A DNA stretch of 64,000 bases. Origin: an uncultured Candidatus Saccharibacteria bacterium (GTDB lineage: Bacteria; Patescibacteriota; Minisyncoccia; JACPXH01). The notes beneath the pieces were generated by a model. That model searched no databases and was not told the DNA's origin. It was given only the letters and a program-made list of their open reading frames with translations. A program made the position numbers and the translations under genes. This document shows, in pieces, positions 9,349 to 18,678 of this stretch. How positions within the stretch are numbered: the stretch's first letter is position 1; every line of letters starts with the position of its first letter. The stretch spans positions 32,173 to 96,172 of the forward strand of contig CAYPCM010000001.1 of the NCBI GenBank assembly GCA_964409225.1. The letters run 5' to 3'.

Positions 9349-9468
9349 CAGACCGTCCGAAAACTCCAAAATTTAGTCTTCGAGCTTGTCGAGAAGCCTA
9401 AATTTTGCCTTAAAACCGACGTATTGTTCTCGACAAGCTCGAACAATAACGAGTTTTCGGACGGTCTG
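9349..9468. repeat. Nested-palindrome MITE-like element, family A, copy 1
   Basis: 16–18-bp terminal inverted repeats CAGACCGTCCGAAAACTC…GAGTTTTCGGACGGTCTG; internal inverted CTTCGAGCTTGTCGAGAAG / CTTCTCGACAAGCTCGAAC; near-identical copies at 20199..20318 and 39749..39898. Confidence 0.75.
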
Positions 9469-9481
9469 TATTGCGTTTCGT

Positions 9482-11236
9482 ATGTTTCTCCTCAAACCGT
9501 CTGCGCCTGTCGACTTCCATGCTCGCTTCCCCGAGTATCCGCGAGTTATTCGCGATCTCTTGTGGCAACGCGGCATTTTGAACGAGGGCGCGGTGGACGA
9601 ATTTTTTCATCCCGACTACGGCGAGGACCTGCACGATCCTTTTTTGCTGTCTGGTATGGCGAGGGCTATAGAGCGTATCTCTGACGCTATTGGGTGCGGC
9701 GAGAAAATTCTGGTTTACGGCGACTACGATGCTGACGGCGTGTGTGCGAGCGCCATACTGATTACGGTTTTGCGTAAATGCGGAGCAGACGTTGAGGTCT
9801 ACCTACCGAATCGAAACAGCGAGGGGTACGGGCTTACCCGCGAGCGGATTGAAGCGTGCGTGGCCGAAGGCGTGGGGCTCATCATAACCATTGACACCGG
9901 CATTACGTTCGGCGAGGAGGTGGCGTTGGCCGAAGCCGCGGGCGTGAACGTTGTCATCTGCGATCATCATTTGCCCCCGCCGGTTTTGCCGCGCGCGTAC
10001 GCCATTGTCGACCCGAAACTTCCCGGCGACGGCTATCCCTTCAAGCACCTGGCCGCTGCCGGCGTGGCGTTCAAGGTGGTCCAAGCCCTCATGGCCCGCG
10101 GCGGCTTCGGCCTTGCTAACGGCTCGGAAAAATTGTTGCTCGACCTTGTGGCGGTGGCGACAATTGCGGACGTGATGCCGCTACTCGGCGAAAACCGTAC
10201 GCTGGTTACGGCTGGGCTTTACATCCTGGCGCACACGACCCGGCCGGGACTCAAAGCGCTAATCGAGGTCTCCGGAATTACGCCAAAAGTTCTCGGCGGT
10301 GATTATGCTGCCGGCCAAATTCCTCGCACCAATCTCGACGCTGACGCGGTTGGATTTCAGCTTGCGCCGCGGCTCAATGCTGCGAGCCGCCTTGATCATG
10401 CGAATACCAGCCTTGAGCTTGTCATGACCGCCGATCCTAGCCGCGCCGCTGAGATTGCGCAAAAGCTCGACGAGAAAAACCGCGAGCGCCAAAGAATCGT
10501 AGACGACATTGCGGCGGAGATCGAAGTCACGCTCGATCCAGCGGCGTTGCCGAAAATTATCATCGCCGGCAACGCCGAGTGGCAACCTGGCATTTTGGGG
10601 TTGGTGGCTGGACGGCTCAAGGACAAGTTTTACCGCCCGGCTATTATTTACCAGCGCGGGCCGAAAGAATCACGCGGGTCATGCCGTAGTATCGAGGCGT
10701 TTAATATTGTAGAAGCCATGCGTCAGTGCGGCGACATCTTTACTCAAATGGGCGGCCATCCGCGCGCCGCTGGGTTTAGCATTGCCAGCGATAAATTAGA
10801 CGAACTAGAAGTATGTTTGGGCCGTACAGCCGAGGCGTGGCTTAAGCCGGAAGATTTGGCCAAGCCCACCGAGGCAGATGTTGAAATTTCAAGTTCTGAA
10901 TTTACGTGGGAGCTGGCCGATTGGGTCGAGCGTTTGGAACCCTTCGGCGAGGGCAATCCCGAGCCCAAGCTGGTGATGCGAAACCTCGACGTGGTCGAAG
11001 CGCGGGCAGTGGGCGCGAATGGCAAGCACCTCAAGCTGACGCTCCGGCCGGACAGCGACCCGCGGCGGTTCATCAAAGCCATCGCTTTTGGTCAAGGCAA
11101 CGGCAGCACCTCTGGTCAGCTGGCGCCGGGCGATCGAGTTGATGCGTGCTTTGCGGTATCTGTCAATGAGTGGAACGGTTCACGCGAGCTTGAGATGAAG
11201 GTGACCGCGCTGGCCGCGCCAGCGCGGTCATCCTGA
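9482..11236 (+). CDS. recJ: Single-stranded-DNA-specific exonuclease RecJ (start set at 9482, downstream of repeat)
   Basis: DHH family motifs (YGDYDADGV, ICDHH), DHHA1 region (GGHPRAAG), C-terminal OB-like domain. Confidence 0.85.
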   Translation: MFLLKPSAPVDFHARFPEYPRVIRDLLWQRGILNEGAVDEFFHPDYGEDLHDPFLLSGMARAIERISDAIGCGEKILVYGDYDADGVCASAILITVLRKCGADVEVYLPNRNSEGYGLTRERIEACVAEGVGLIITIDTGITFGEEVALAEAAGVNVVICDHHLPPPVLPRAYAIVDPKLPGDGYPFKHLAAAGVAFKVVQALMARGGFGLANGSEKLLLDLVAVATIADVMPLLGENRTLVTAGLYILAHTTRPGLKALIEVSGITPKVLGGDYAAGQIPRTNLDADAVGFQLAPRLNAASRLDHANTSLELVMTADPSRAAEIAQKLDEKNRERQRIVDDIAAEIEVTLDPAALPKIIIAGNAEWQPGILGLVAGRLKDKFYRPAIIYQRGPKESRGSCRSIEAFNIVEAMRQCGDIFTQMGGHPRAAGFSIASDKLDELEVCLGRTAEAWLKPEDLAKPTEADVEISSSEFTWELADWVERLEPFGEGNPEPKLVMRNLDVVEARAVGANGKHLKLTLRPDSDPRRFIKAIAFGQGNGSTSGQLAPGDRVDACFAVSVNEWNGSRELEMKVTALAAPARSS

Positions 11237-11349
11237 ACGCAGTGAAGGATCTCGTTTGCAGCGCAAACGCGGTCATCCTGAACCGAGCAGGGCGAGTCCT
11301 GAGCGAAGCTCCGTAGAGCGAGCGAAGGATCCCGTAATGATACGTTGCC

Positions 11350-11922
11350 ATGGTTCACCGCGCAGATTCGCACCACGACATTATCCTCGTTGACGAGCGC
11401 GATCGGCAGATCGGCACTGCCGGCAAGATGACGCCGCACCGAACCGGCGCCTTGCATCGCGCGTTTTCGGTGTTTGTGTTCAATTCGCGAGGCGAGCTCC
11501 TGCTCCAGAAGCGTGCGAAAAAGAAGTACCATTCAGCCGGGCTCTGGACGAACACGTGCTGCAGCCATCCGCGGCCGGGCGAAGCGACGCTGGCGGCGGC
11601 GCGGCGCCGTTTGAAAGAAGAGATGGGGTTTACGACGAAACTCCGCGAGGTGTTCAGTTTTATCTATCGGGTTAAGTTTGCAAACGGTCTTATGGAGCAT
11701 GAGTATGACCACGTGCTCGTGGGTCGCTTTGGCGGCGCGCCCCGTCCCGATCCAGTCGAAGCAGAAGATTGGGAATGGGTTTCGCTTCCGCAACTTCGAC
11801 ACGACATTCGGCGCCATCCGCGTCGGTACAGCTTTTGGCTCAAGAAAGTTTTGCCGCGGTTCACCGCGCATCTTACTTGCAACCGTCATCGAGCGGAGGG
11901 GCGCAGATGTACCATCTTTTGA
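11350..11922 (+). CDS. idi: Isopentenyl-diphosphate delta-isomerase, type 1 (NUDIX fold)
   Basis: HRAFSVFVFN…GELLLQKRA…WTNTCCSHP…GE…RRLKEEMG matches IDI-1 signature. Confidence 0.8.
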   Translation: MVHRADSHHDIILVDERDRQIGTAGKMTPHRTGALHRAFSVFVFNSRGELLLQKRAKKKYHSAGLWTNTCCSHPRPGEATLAAARRRLKEEMGFTTKLREVFSFIYRVKFANGLMEHEYDHVLVGRFGGAPRPDPVEAEDWEWVSLPQLRHDIRRHPRRYSFWLKKVLPRFTAHLTCNRHRAEGRRCTIF

Positions 11923-11995
11923 CGATCGCTAAAAGATGGTACAGGGTTGAAGCTCCCGAAATCATGGCGATCGTGGTGAGACGTGAGAATGATAA

Positions 11996-12026
11996 TAGGA
12001 AGACGCCCGCTCTCGGAAGAGCGGGC
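11996..12026. terminator. Bidirectional intrinsic terminator between convergent idi and lipase genes
   Basis: GACGCCCGCTCTCGGAAGAGCGGGCGTTTGG: 9-bp GC stem, followed by T-run. Confidence 0.5.
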
Positions 12027-12037
12027 GTTTGGACCGA

Positions 12038-13927
12038 TCAGTAGTTCGCGGCAGAGTACTCTCTGCCGGGCCATAGGAACAGGTTGTTCGTCGAAACGTT
12101 CTCGTTGCGGCTGGGGTCGTCGCTCGGCTCGATTGCGTCAATCTCGGCCGCGAACGCAACGATAACGTACCATTCGTCCCGGAAGAGGTTTGCCGGAAGC
12201 GTAAAGCTCGGCGTGGTTGAGGCCGGGCAATTGTATATTGCCCGGCGCGGCGCAAACCGCGTATAGACCCAACACCAGTATCGCGAAGCTCCCGGCACCG
12301 GCTCGAACCAGAAACGCGTCGGGGATACGCTGTCAATGTTGAGCCCTTGCGGGAGTGGGAGCTGGCGGGGTCGATCGAGCGAGTGCGACGCTCCCCGCAC
12401 CGTGCGGCCGTCGGTCGTCGTGACCGTGATGTCAAAGACCCCGGACTCGCCTCCGTAATCTTGTTCGAAGATGTAGCTGGCGTTGCTGTTCGGGAGACGC
12501 CAGTCGAGGTCGATTACGATTACTTCGCCGGTCCGGCGGCTCCGCGCTTCAACGCGCGAAACGTAGTCAGCGGCTGATCCGCGTTCATCTGAGACGATGA
12601 CCTCGATGTGGATTCGGTATCCCGATGTCCATGGCGATTCCCACCGGTAGGGGTTGTTGTAGGTCGAGACGAAGATGTTTTCAATCGCCGTGCGAGCGCT
12701 ATCCGGAGGGGCGATCTGAAAGGTTGTCTGGGCGAGGTTTGAGACGCGGGTGCCGTCGTAGGGACTCTGGGTGGGGCGCACGAGGAGCGCGTAGAAGGTA
12801 TACTCCCCATCGCTGCCGCGCCCGAGCGAATCGAAGCGGATGGGATACAGTTCCTCGCTGTCGAGGCGATGCGCCGCAGGCGTTGCTGTAATGGTCCATC
12901 CTGGCTCTCCAGATTCTATGGCGGTTTGGAATACGAACTGCCTGCTCGGGGTGAGGATGGCGGTGTAGAGGTCGGCAACGCGATTGCCCGAAGACGCCGA
13001 GAGTTTGATTCGAAGCGGTGAGCCGATGCGCGTCCTTGGTGTTTCTGTCTTGAGCACGAGCGCCACTGGCCGGCGAACCACCTCTGCGGTAATGGCGATT
13101 CGGACGTTATCGTCAGCCGTCTCGCACAGATGGTTGAATCGGTTGAGGGTGCACGCATTGAGTAGGTTGATGCGCACTTCCGCATGGAGCGGCACCCGCA
13201 GTTCGGCGCTCGCCAAGTTCTGGCTGCGTTCGTTCACCACGTCGTCGTTGCCCACGATGATGGAGCTGTAGGCAATCGGGGTGTCGCGGTAGCGGTAGAG
13301 GGCGTCGGTGTTGAGCTGGTTGAGTTCGAGGGAGTTCGGTTGCAGAATGCGTACGGCCGTGATTGCCCCCGAGAAACCAGCGACCGCGGCAATATTCGCA
13401 AAGTTAGACCCCAGGTGCGGGGTTCCCACCGTGATGATCTGGCTTACCTTGGGCGTGCGAGCGTAGCTTAAGTACGCCCGGCACGCGAGCCCGCCCATGC
13501 TGTGGCCGACGCAAATCGCCTTTGATTTGCCGGTAAGCTCGAGGATAAAGTTGATGACACCCTCGAGCTCTTCGCCTTGCTGCTGGTAGGTGAGATCTTT
13601 TCCGCTCGTGAACGAGACCGTGTAGATGTCGCCCGGTTTGATGCGGCCGCCAAAGCGGGCATCTGGGAAGTAGTAGATTTGCCCGTTGCGGTATCGAGCT
13701 TGGCCGCCGAAGGTCCAGCCTTGGCTCGTGACGGATGCGAGGAATTCGTCCCACGTGCTCGCGTCGCTGTTGAGTCCATGGACGAGGATAATCGGGTGCT
13801 CGGGCGGCGAAAGCGCCGCCGCCGCGCCAATCCAGCCGGCTACGAGCAGAGCTGCCAGAAAGCCGATACTGCGTTTCCAGCTGCGCGGTTGAGTTGTGAA
13901 AAGAGCTGCCCATTCCAGTCGTCTCAT
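12038..13927 (-). CDS. Secreted alpha/beta-hydrolase (lipase/esterase-like) with large C-terminal beta-rich extension
   Basis: N-terminal signal/TM (LAALLVAGWIGAAAA), nucleophile elbow GHSMGGL, ~630 aa. Confidence 0.6.
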   Translation of the reverse strand: MRRLEWAALFTTQPRSWKRSIGFLAALLVAGWIGAAAALSPPEHPIILVHGLNSDASTWDEFLASVTSQGWTFGGQARYRNGQIYYFPDARFGGRIKPGDIYTVSFTSGKDLTYQQQGEELEGVINFILELTGKSKAICVGHSMGGLACRAYLSYARTPKVSQIITVGTPHLGSNFANIAAVAGFSGAITAVRILQPNSLELNQLNTDALYRYRDTPIAYSSIIVGNDDVVNERSQNLASAELRVPLHAEVRINLLNACTLNRFNHLCETADDNVRIAITAEVVRRPVALVLKTETPRTRIGSPLRIKLSASSGNRVADLYTAILTPSRQFVFQTAIESGEPGWTITATPAAHRLDSEELYPIRFDSLGRGSDGEYTFYALLVRPTQSPYDGTRVSNLAQTTFQIAPPDSARTAIENIFVSTYNNPYRWESPWTSGYRIHIEVIVSDERGSAADYVSRVEARSRRTGEVIVIDLDWRLPNSNASYIFEQDYGGESGVFDITVTTTDGRTVRGASHSLDRPRQLPLPQGLNIDSVSPTRFWFEPVPGASRYWCWVYTRFAPRRAIYNCPASTTPSFTLPANLFRDEWYVIVAFAAEIDAIEPSDDPSRNENVSTNNLFLWPGREYSAANY

Positions 13928-14006
13928 CGCTCATCCTCCTTCTCTGTGCGGGCGATGCGGTTGCGGTTGGGTGCTGAGTTGATGTTCAATCAAATACTCG
14001 TTGGTG

Positions 14007-14111
14007 TCAACCCCGTTAGAAAACAGAACTTTGTCTCATCGAAAGTAAGAACTCTTTAGTAGACTGACAAGTCGAAGAAAGCATGACCAGCTAGTTTTCT
14101 AACGGGGTCAA
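14007..14111. repeat. Palindromic element related to family B (CCCCGTTAGAAAAC ends)
   Basis: CAACCCCGTTAGAAAAC …105 bp… GTTTTCTAACGGGGTCAA inverted termini; lies in lipase/membrane-protein divergent spacer. Confidence 0.55.
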
Positions 14112-14127
14112 TCACCTGCGATGCTGG

Positions 14128-14577
14128 ATGCGAGTGGTTTCCGGTGGTATATTGTGCGTAGAACGCTTTATGAGTAGTTCAAGGATACGATACGCGATCG
14201 TTGGGGTGGTGCTCCTTACGGTTGCATTGCTCATTGTCGTCGGTCCAATCCGGGACTACGTTTTTGCGGGTGAGGCAGGAGATCTTCTCTGGGGAGCGCT
14301 GGTCGTATTCGTTGCCGTTCCCTGCCTTATCGTTGGTATGCTTTTCCTCACCCGCGCCACCTTTGGGCAGGCGAGCGATGCCGTTGGTGCGAGTTCCCCG
14401 CCCGCAAGCGCCTTGCGCCGGCCCCTGAAGCCAACCGTGCCGATTGCGATCGGCGCAATCATCGTGGTGATTGCTGCTTTCTTCTTGCCAAAGGAATTTC
14501 GCGGACTTGAATATCTCGGGTATATTGCCGGGTTTATTCTGCTTGCGATCGGCGCGATCGAAGCGATTTGGCGGTAG
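14128..14577 (+). CDS. Small integral membrane protein (hypothetical)
   Basis: Four predicted TM segments; no recognisable motif. Confidence 0.35.
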   Translation: MRVVSGGILCVERFMSSSRIRYAIVGVVLLTVALLIVVGPIRDYVFAGEAGDLLWGALVVFVAVPCLIVGMLFLTRATFGQASDAVGASSPPASALRRPLKPTVPIAIGAIIVVIAAFFLPKEFRGLEYLGYIAGFILLAIGAIEAIWR

Positions 14578-14783
14578 CACGGCTCGGTAGTGTCATCGGT
14601 TTGCCAAACGCGGTACTTCTTTGCAGAGTACTTTCAGGAGGTACGGAAGCTGTTTTCGGTTGTGACGACGTGGGGAAGGAGGTGAAGGCAAGCACCTTGT
14701 CATTTTGCACAGCAGTAGGGGGGTGTTCCGTGGTCGCCGCGGATGCGGCGCTGCGGACGATTTTGTAAGAAAGGAGGGCGGCG

Positions 14784-15935
14784 ATGCGCATCGTGAAGGC
14801 GGCGGCGGTGTTCGCAGTGCTCGTGGCGGTACTCGTGAGCTGTACTCCCATGGCCCAAGAGTTTCAACGTTGGACTGCGCCGCAGGCCACGGTAACCGGC
14901 GGCTCGGCCCAGGCAGTGGCCCAGGCGCAGTTGGAGCCCTATAACGGCCCCAAGCCGCGGGTCGTGGTGGCGCGCTTCGCCAACAAGACCGGTACTCACT
15001 ACCAAGTGCGCTACACGCGCGGCACGATGACTGCCGGCGATCCGCTCGGTGAGGGGATGTCGGATCAGTTCGTCACGGTGCTCATGGAGACGGGTCGCTT
15101 CATTGTCCTCGGAAGTAAAGAGGACCTTGGAGACGCTATCTCTGAGCAGGACTATGACCCGACTCGCTTTAACCCCGGCACGTTAGCGGCCAAAGGCGGA
15201 CTCGAGGCGGCCGATCTGCTTATCATTGGTGCCGTAACCGGGTTCAAGCCCTCGCAGGCCTCGGTCGGCGGAGGCGCTGGCTACGTTACGAGCGGTTGGG
15301 GGTCTCTGATTGCCATGGCCGTAACAGCTGCGATGGCCCAAGACTACGTGGCCATTGATTTCCGGGCTATCGAGGCGCGGACGCGCCGTGTGGTCTGGGC
15401 GAGTCGCGTGGAAGGCACTGCCCGAGACTTCAGCGCCGGCATCGGGGGAATCTTTAGCCCGCTCCTTGCCGGTGTCGGTGGCAGCTACTCGACGCCGATT
15501 GACCAAGCCACCAGAGCAACGATGGTGAAGGCGACTGAACAGCTCTGGATGAGTTTGGATCGTGGCGGGTTCATCCGACAGTGGGCGGCACAACCGGCAC
15601 CGCAGCCAGCCGTTGCGACGGTCGCTGGTCCGGCCGCGCCGCCAGCGCCGAATTCCGCTCCGCCGCAGGCAGGCACGGTTCCGATTGCGCCTGCAGTTGC
15701 TCCGGCCGTGCCCCTAAAGGCGGTACCAGCGGTTGGCGCGCCGCTTGCTGGTATGGTCAAGGTGAAGGCCTCAAGCGCGATCTTGCGCGACAGCCTGAAC
15801 GGTCAGCGCGTCGCTTCGGTGGCGCAGGGTGCGGCTCTTAAGAAGGTCGCAGAACGCAAAGTCGCCGAACACACCTGGGTCCAAGTCGAGTACAACGAGC
15901 AGGAGGTTTGGATCCGCGCAGACCTCGTTGAATAG
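14784..15935 (+). CDS. CsgG-family lipoprotein with C-terminal SH3b-like domain
   Basis: Lipobox (LVSC), CsgG-like PRVVVARFANKTG…GEGMSDQFVTVLMETGRFIVL…AADLLIIGAVTGF, then Pro/Ala linker and SH3b-like tail. Confidence 0.6.
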   Translation: MRIVKAAAVFAVLVAVLVSCTPMAQEFQRWTAPQATVTGGSAQAVAQAQLEPYNGPKPRVVVARFANKTGTHYQVRYTRGTMTAGDPLGEGMSDQFVTVLMETGRFIVLGSKEDLGDAISEQDYDPTRFNPGTLAAKGGLEAADLLIIGAVTGFKPSQASVGGGAGYVTSGWGSLIAMAVTAAMAQDYVAIDFRAIEARTRRVVWASRVEGTARDFSAGIGGIFSPLLAGVGGSYSTPIDQATRATMVKATEQLWMSLDRGGFIRQWAAQPAPQPAVATVAGPAAPPAPNSAPPQAGTVPIAPAVAPAVPLKAVPAVGAPLAGMVKVKASSAILRDSLNGQRVASVAQGAALKKVAERKVAEHTWVQVEYNEQEVWIRADLVE

Positions 15936-15960
15936 CATCGTTCTTTCGCAGTCCGATGTT

Positions 15961-15999
15961 CCGCCCCGACGCCTTCGCGTCGGGGCGGTTTCCTTTTTC
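15961..15999 (+). terminator. Intrinsic terminator (copy 1 of duplicated hairpin)
   Basis: CCGCCCCGACG-ccttc-GCGTCGGGGCGG followed by TTTCCTTTTTC. Confidence 0.6.
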
Positions 16000-16060
16000 A
16001 AGACCTCGGCGCGTTGCGATCACGCTGCGTTTTCTACATCTGGCATATGCACCTGACATG

Positions 16061-16069
16061 TGGTATGAT
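16061..16069 (+). promoter_or_regulatory. Extended -10 promoter candidate (TGgTATGAT) for AbiE-like operon
   Basis: TGGTATGAT 9 nt upstream of GGGG SD and ATG 16078. Confidence 0.3.
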
Positions 16070-16077
16070 AAAGGGGT

Positions 16078-16332
16078 ATGCGCAAGCCCAAATCAACCCC
16101 AAAAATTCGTTTTCGGCAGTCGCTCTTCTGGGATGTGGATCCTAAAACCATTCATCCCAAACGCCACGCTCGCTACATCATCGAGCGCATTCTTGATTTT
16201 GGCAATGACCGCGAGGTGCGGTGGCTCTGGCAGACGTACCCTCGAACGCTCATCGCCGAGGTCGTCCAACACTCGCGGGTGCTTCATAATCAGTCGCGCG
16301 CTTTATGGACGCTGCTCAGTCGCGGGGCGTAA
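16078..16332 (+). CDS. Small partner protein of AbiEii-like nucleotidyltransferase (putative antitoxin)
   Basis: 84 aa, 28-nt overlap with downstream NTase gene; position equivalent to AbiEi. Confidence 0.4.
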   Translation: MRKPKSTPKIRFRQSLFWDVDPKTIHPKRHARYIIERILDFGNDREVRWLWQTYPRTLIAEVVQHSRVLHNQSRALWTLLSRGA

Positions 16333-16985
16333 CCTGGCATGTTGAGGTGTTGCCGCGGACGGTACGCCAGGCCCTTCGGCGTCTCGCCGGAGCGAGATGG
16401 CTTAAGCGTTCGAAATGGTATCTTGCGGGCGGCACAGCCCTCGCCCTTCAAGCGGGGCACCGCGCTTCGGTTGACCTTGATTTTTTTACGCCTCAAAAAA
16501 CGTTTTCCGCAGACCAGCTGCTCGCTCATTTTCCAAAGGAATCGTGGACAGCTGATGTGGTGCGCGAAGGCACCGTCTATGGTCGGTTGCTCGGAACACG
16601 GGTGAGTTTCATTGCTTACCCCTATTTCGTTGCCCGAGCGCCGTATCGATGGTACGGCTCAGTGCGGGTACTCGCGCCGGCTGATATCGCCGTGATGAAA
16701 ATTGTAGCTATTAGCCAACGCGGCCGAAAAAGAGATTTTGTTGACCTCTATTGGTACTGCCGCCACCGTGAACCGCTCGGCGACATTGTGGAGCGACTGC
16801 GAGACCAATATCCCACCGTGGCCCACAACTATCACCATATTATCAAAAGTCTTGCGTATTTTGCCGACGCTGAAGCCGAGCCCATGCCGAAACTTTTTTT
16901 TGACGTAACGTGGAAAGACATAAAAAAGTTTTTTGAGCGCGAAGTGTCGGCCGTCGCGCGCCGGAAGCTTCTGGGCTTGCGCTGA
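16305..16985 (+). CDS. Nucleotidyltransferase, AbiEii/AbiGii-like toxin family
   Basis: Pol-beta-type NTase motif YLAGGTALALQAGHRASVDLDFF (GG…S.DxD) and C-terminal helical domain. Confidence 0.6.
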   Translation: MDAAQSRGVTWHVEVLPRTVRQALRRLAGARWLKRSKWYLAGGTALALQAGHRASVDLDFFTPQKTFSADQLLAHFPKESWTADVVREGTVYGRLLGTRVSFIAYPYFVARAPYRWYGSVRVLAPADIAVMKIVAISQRGRKRDFVDLYWYCRHREPLGDIVERLRDQYPTVAHNYHHIIKSLAYFADAEAEPMPKLFFDVTWKDIKKFFEREVSAVARRKLLGLR

Positions 16986-17008
16986 AAAGGTGTGAGATAA
17001 CGACTCAG

Positions 17009-17045
17009 CCGCCCCGACGCCTTCGCGTCGGGGCGGTTTCTCTTA
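17009..17045 (+). terminator. Intrinsic terminator (copy 2, identical stem to 15961..15988)
   Basis: CCGCCCCGACGCCTTCGCGTCGGGGCGGTTTC identical over 32 nt to copy 1. Confidence 0.55.
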
Positions 17046-17160
17046 CGCGGCAATTTGACGCACGGTAAGGCAGTTTGTATAGTCAGAGCGGAGATGCACT
17101 TTCCCAATCGCTTTGTCGTTGGGCAGAAACCAAGGAAGGACAACCGGAGAGGAGGAGCCC

Positions 17161-18072
17161 ATGCGCAGCATGTTGGCGGCGGTAGTTCTAGTGGCGGCAA
17201 TCCTTGCTCAAGTCCAAGGGGCGTTCGGGGCGGATGAGCCCCCAACGGTTCGCACGATGGCCGGCAGGCACCAGCAGGTGGGCAACACCGAGGTGTCCGG
17301 GGCGTTCTCCGCAACGCTGTTTGCCGACGGGAGCTTCACGGTACGGTTTAATCTGGACTCCTTGGACTGCGACTTCATCAACTTTCGGGCGAACCACGAG
17401 GCGAGCTTTATCGAGTGGTCTCTCGGCCTCCCGCTCGTCATCACGACGTTTCGGACCGCGGGAGGATTCACCCTCGATGCAGCTACGCTCGTACTGGATG
17501 CGCCGTTGTGGATTCATCCCTCCACCGGCGCCCTCATAAACCGGGGATTGTTTCGTCGGTGTGGCGTTGACGATATGCTCGTCGCGTTCCGGCTTACCAT
17601 CCGTTCGGCGAACTTCGCCCCACTCGGTCGGTACGACGGCGACATCAGCGCAACACTGTTGAGCGGGGCGACCCTGCAGCGATCGTTTAGCGGCACCTTC
17701 TCTGCGGTCTCGCCCATGCCGTTTAGGCCGGTCATCGGTTTTCGGGTTGATCCGACGTATCGGGTGGCTGGAGAATGCCTTAACATCCAGTGGCAGTCGT
17801 TACCTGGTGCCGCGTACTACGCGCTCGAATACGTCGGGCCGTCTCGCAGATTCACTGGTCGCGTATTTTCCGCCACGCCGGAACTCGAGCGTAACCAAGG
17901 GTGGGGATCGGTTCTCCTGCCGTCAGCCACCGCCGCCACGGTCTGCACCTCACAAAACACGCCCGGGGGCAGGTATGAGTTGCGGGTGTTCGGATTGGAT
18001 GGTGCCCTCAATGTTGCTCCGGGCACTGGCTCTTCAGTTCCGGTAACGGTGAGTGTAAGTGCGCCGTATTGA
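17161..18072 (+). CDS. Secreted hypothetical protein
   Basis: Signal peptide MRSMLAAVVLVAAILAQVQGAFG; no recognisable motif. Confidence 0.45.
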   Translation: MRSMLAAVVLVAAILAQVQGAFGADEPPTVRTMAGRHQQVGNTEVSGAFSATLFADGSFTVRFNLDSLDCDFINFRANHEASFIEWSLGLPLVITTFRTAGGFTLDAATLVLDAPLWIHPSTGALINRGLFRRCGVDDMLVAFRLTIRSANFAPLGRYDGDISATLLSGATLQRSFSGTFSAVSPMPFRPVIGFRVDPTYRVAGECLNIQWQSLPGAAYYALEYVGPSRRFTGRVFSATPELERNQGWGSVLLPSATAATVCTSQNTPGGRYELRVFGLDGALNVAPGTGSSVPVTVSVSAPY

Positions 18073-18096
18073 CCTGCGGCGCGCCTGCGCCGCCAA

Positions 18097-18134
18097 CCCG
18101 CCCGACGGGAGTCCGTCGGGCGGGTTTCTTTTCT
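18097..18134 (+). terminator. Intrinsic terminator
   Basis: CCCGCCCGACGG-gagt-CCGTCGGGCGGG + TTTCTTTTCT. Confidence 0.6.
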
Positions 18135-18207
18135 CGGGCACCGGGAGACGGCACATAAAACCAATACTATGCCGTATCCGTTCGTGTGATGATTACGGCC
18201 CCGCAGC

Positions 18208-18326
18208 TTGACCCCGTTAGAAGTCCATAGTTCGGCAATCTATTGTGGGAGCCTAAAGGCGAAGCCGCCTAACGGCTTTCATTTATCTTCTTTGGGGGAC
18301 ACGATTTAGACTTCTAACGGGGTTGA
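18208..18326. repeat. Palindromic MITE-like element, family B, copy 2
   Basis: TTGACCCCGTTAGAAGTC…GACTTCTAACGGGGTTGA perfect 18-bp TIRs; homologous to 527..643. Confidence 0.75.
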
Positions 18327-18384
18327 CGCCGGCGGCGTGCGCGGCAATACTTACATTGATTAACCTTAATCAATAAGACCTTTT

Positions 18385-18678
18385 ATGGTTCAGCGACTCC
18401 CTCTCACCAAAGCCCGGATCAACCTCGGCGCCATCGTCAAGCGAGTCCACCTCAACAAAGAATATTTCATTCTCGAGAAAGACGGCATCCCCGTGGCTGG
18501 CCTCATGGACATTGACGAGTTTGAGGACTACTTGGAACTCCGTGATCCCAAGGTCCGTGAGCACATCCGCAAGAGCAACGCGGAGTACCTCGCGGGCAAG
18601 AGTCGGCCGTACCGAGCCCTCCTCGCGGAACTCAAACGCGAGGAGCAACGGGGGACAAAGCGGCGTCAGAAGGCATGA
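18385..18678 (+). CDS. Phd/YefM family antitoxin
   Basis: Small; PLTKARINLGAIVKRV…ILEKDGIPVAGLMDIDEFED typical Phd/YefM; 4-nt overlap with toxin. Confidence 0.75.
   Translation: MVQRLPLTKARINLGAIVKRVHLNKEYFILEKDGIPVAGLMDIDEFEDYLELRDPKVREHIRKSNAEYLAGKSRPYRALLAELKREEQRGTKRRQKA

Noticed and set aside
9202-9684. ORF spanning the family-A element upstream of recJ, and recJ start at 9386
   Set aside because: The 9386 start lies inside the palindromic element. The RecJ homology begins at MFLLKP (9482).
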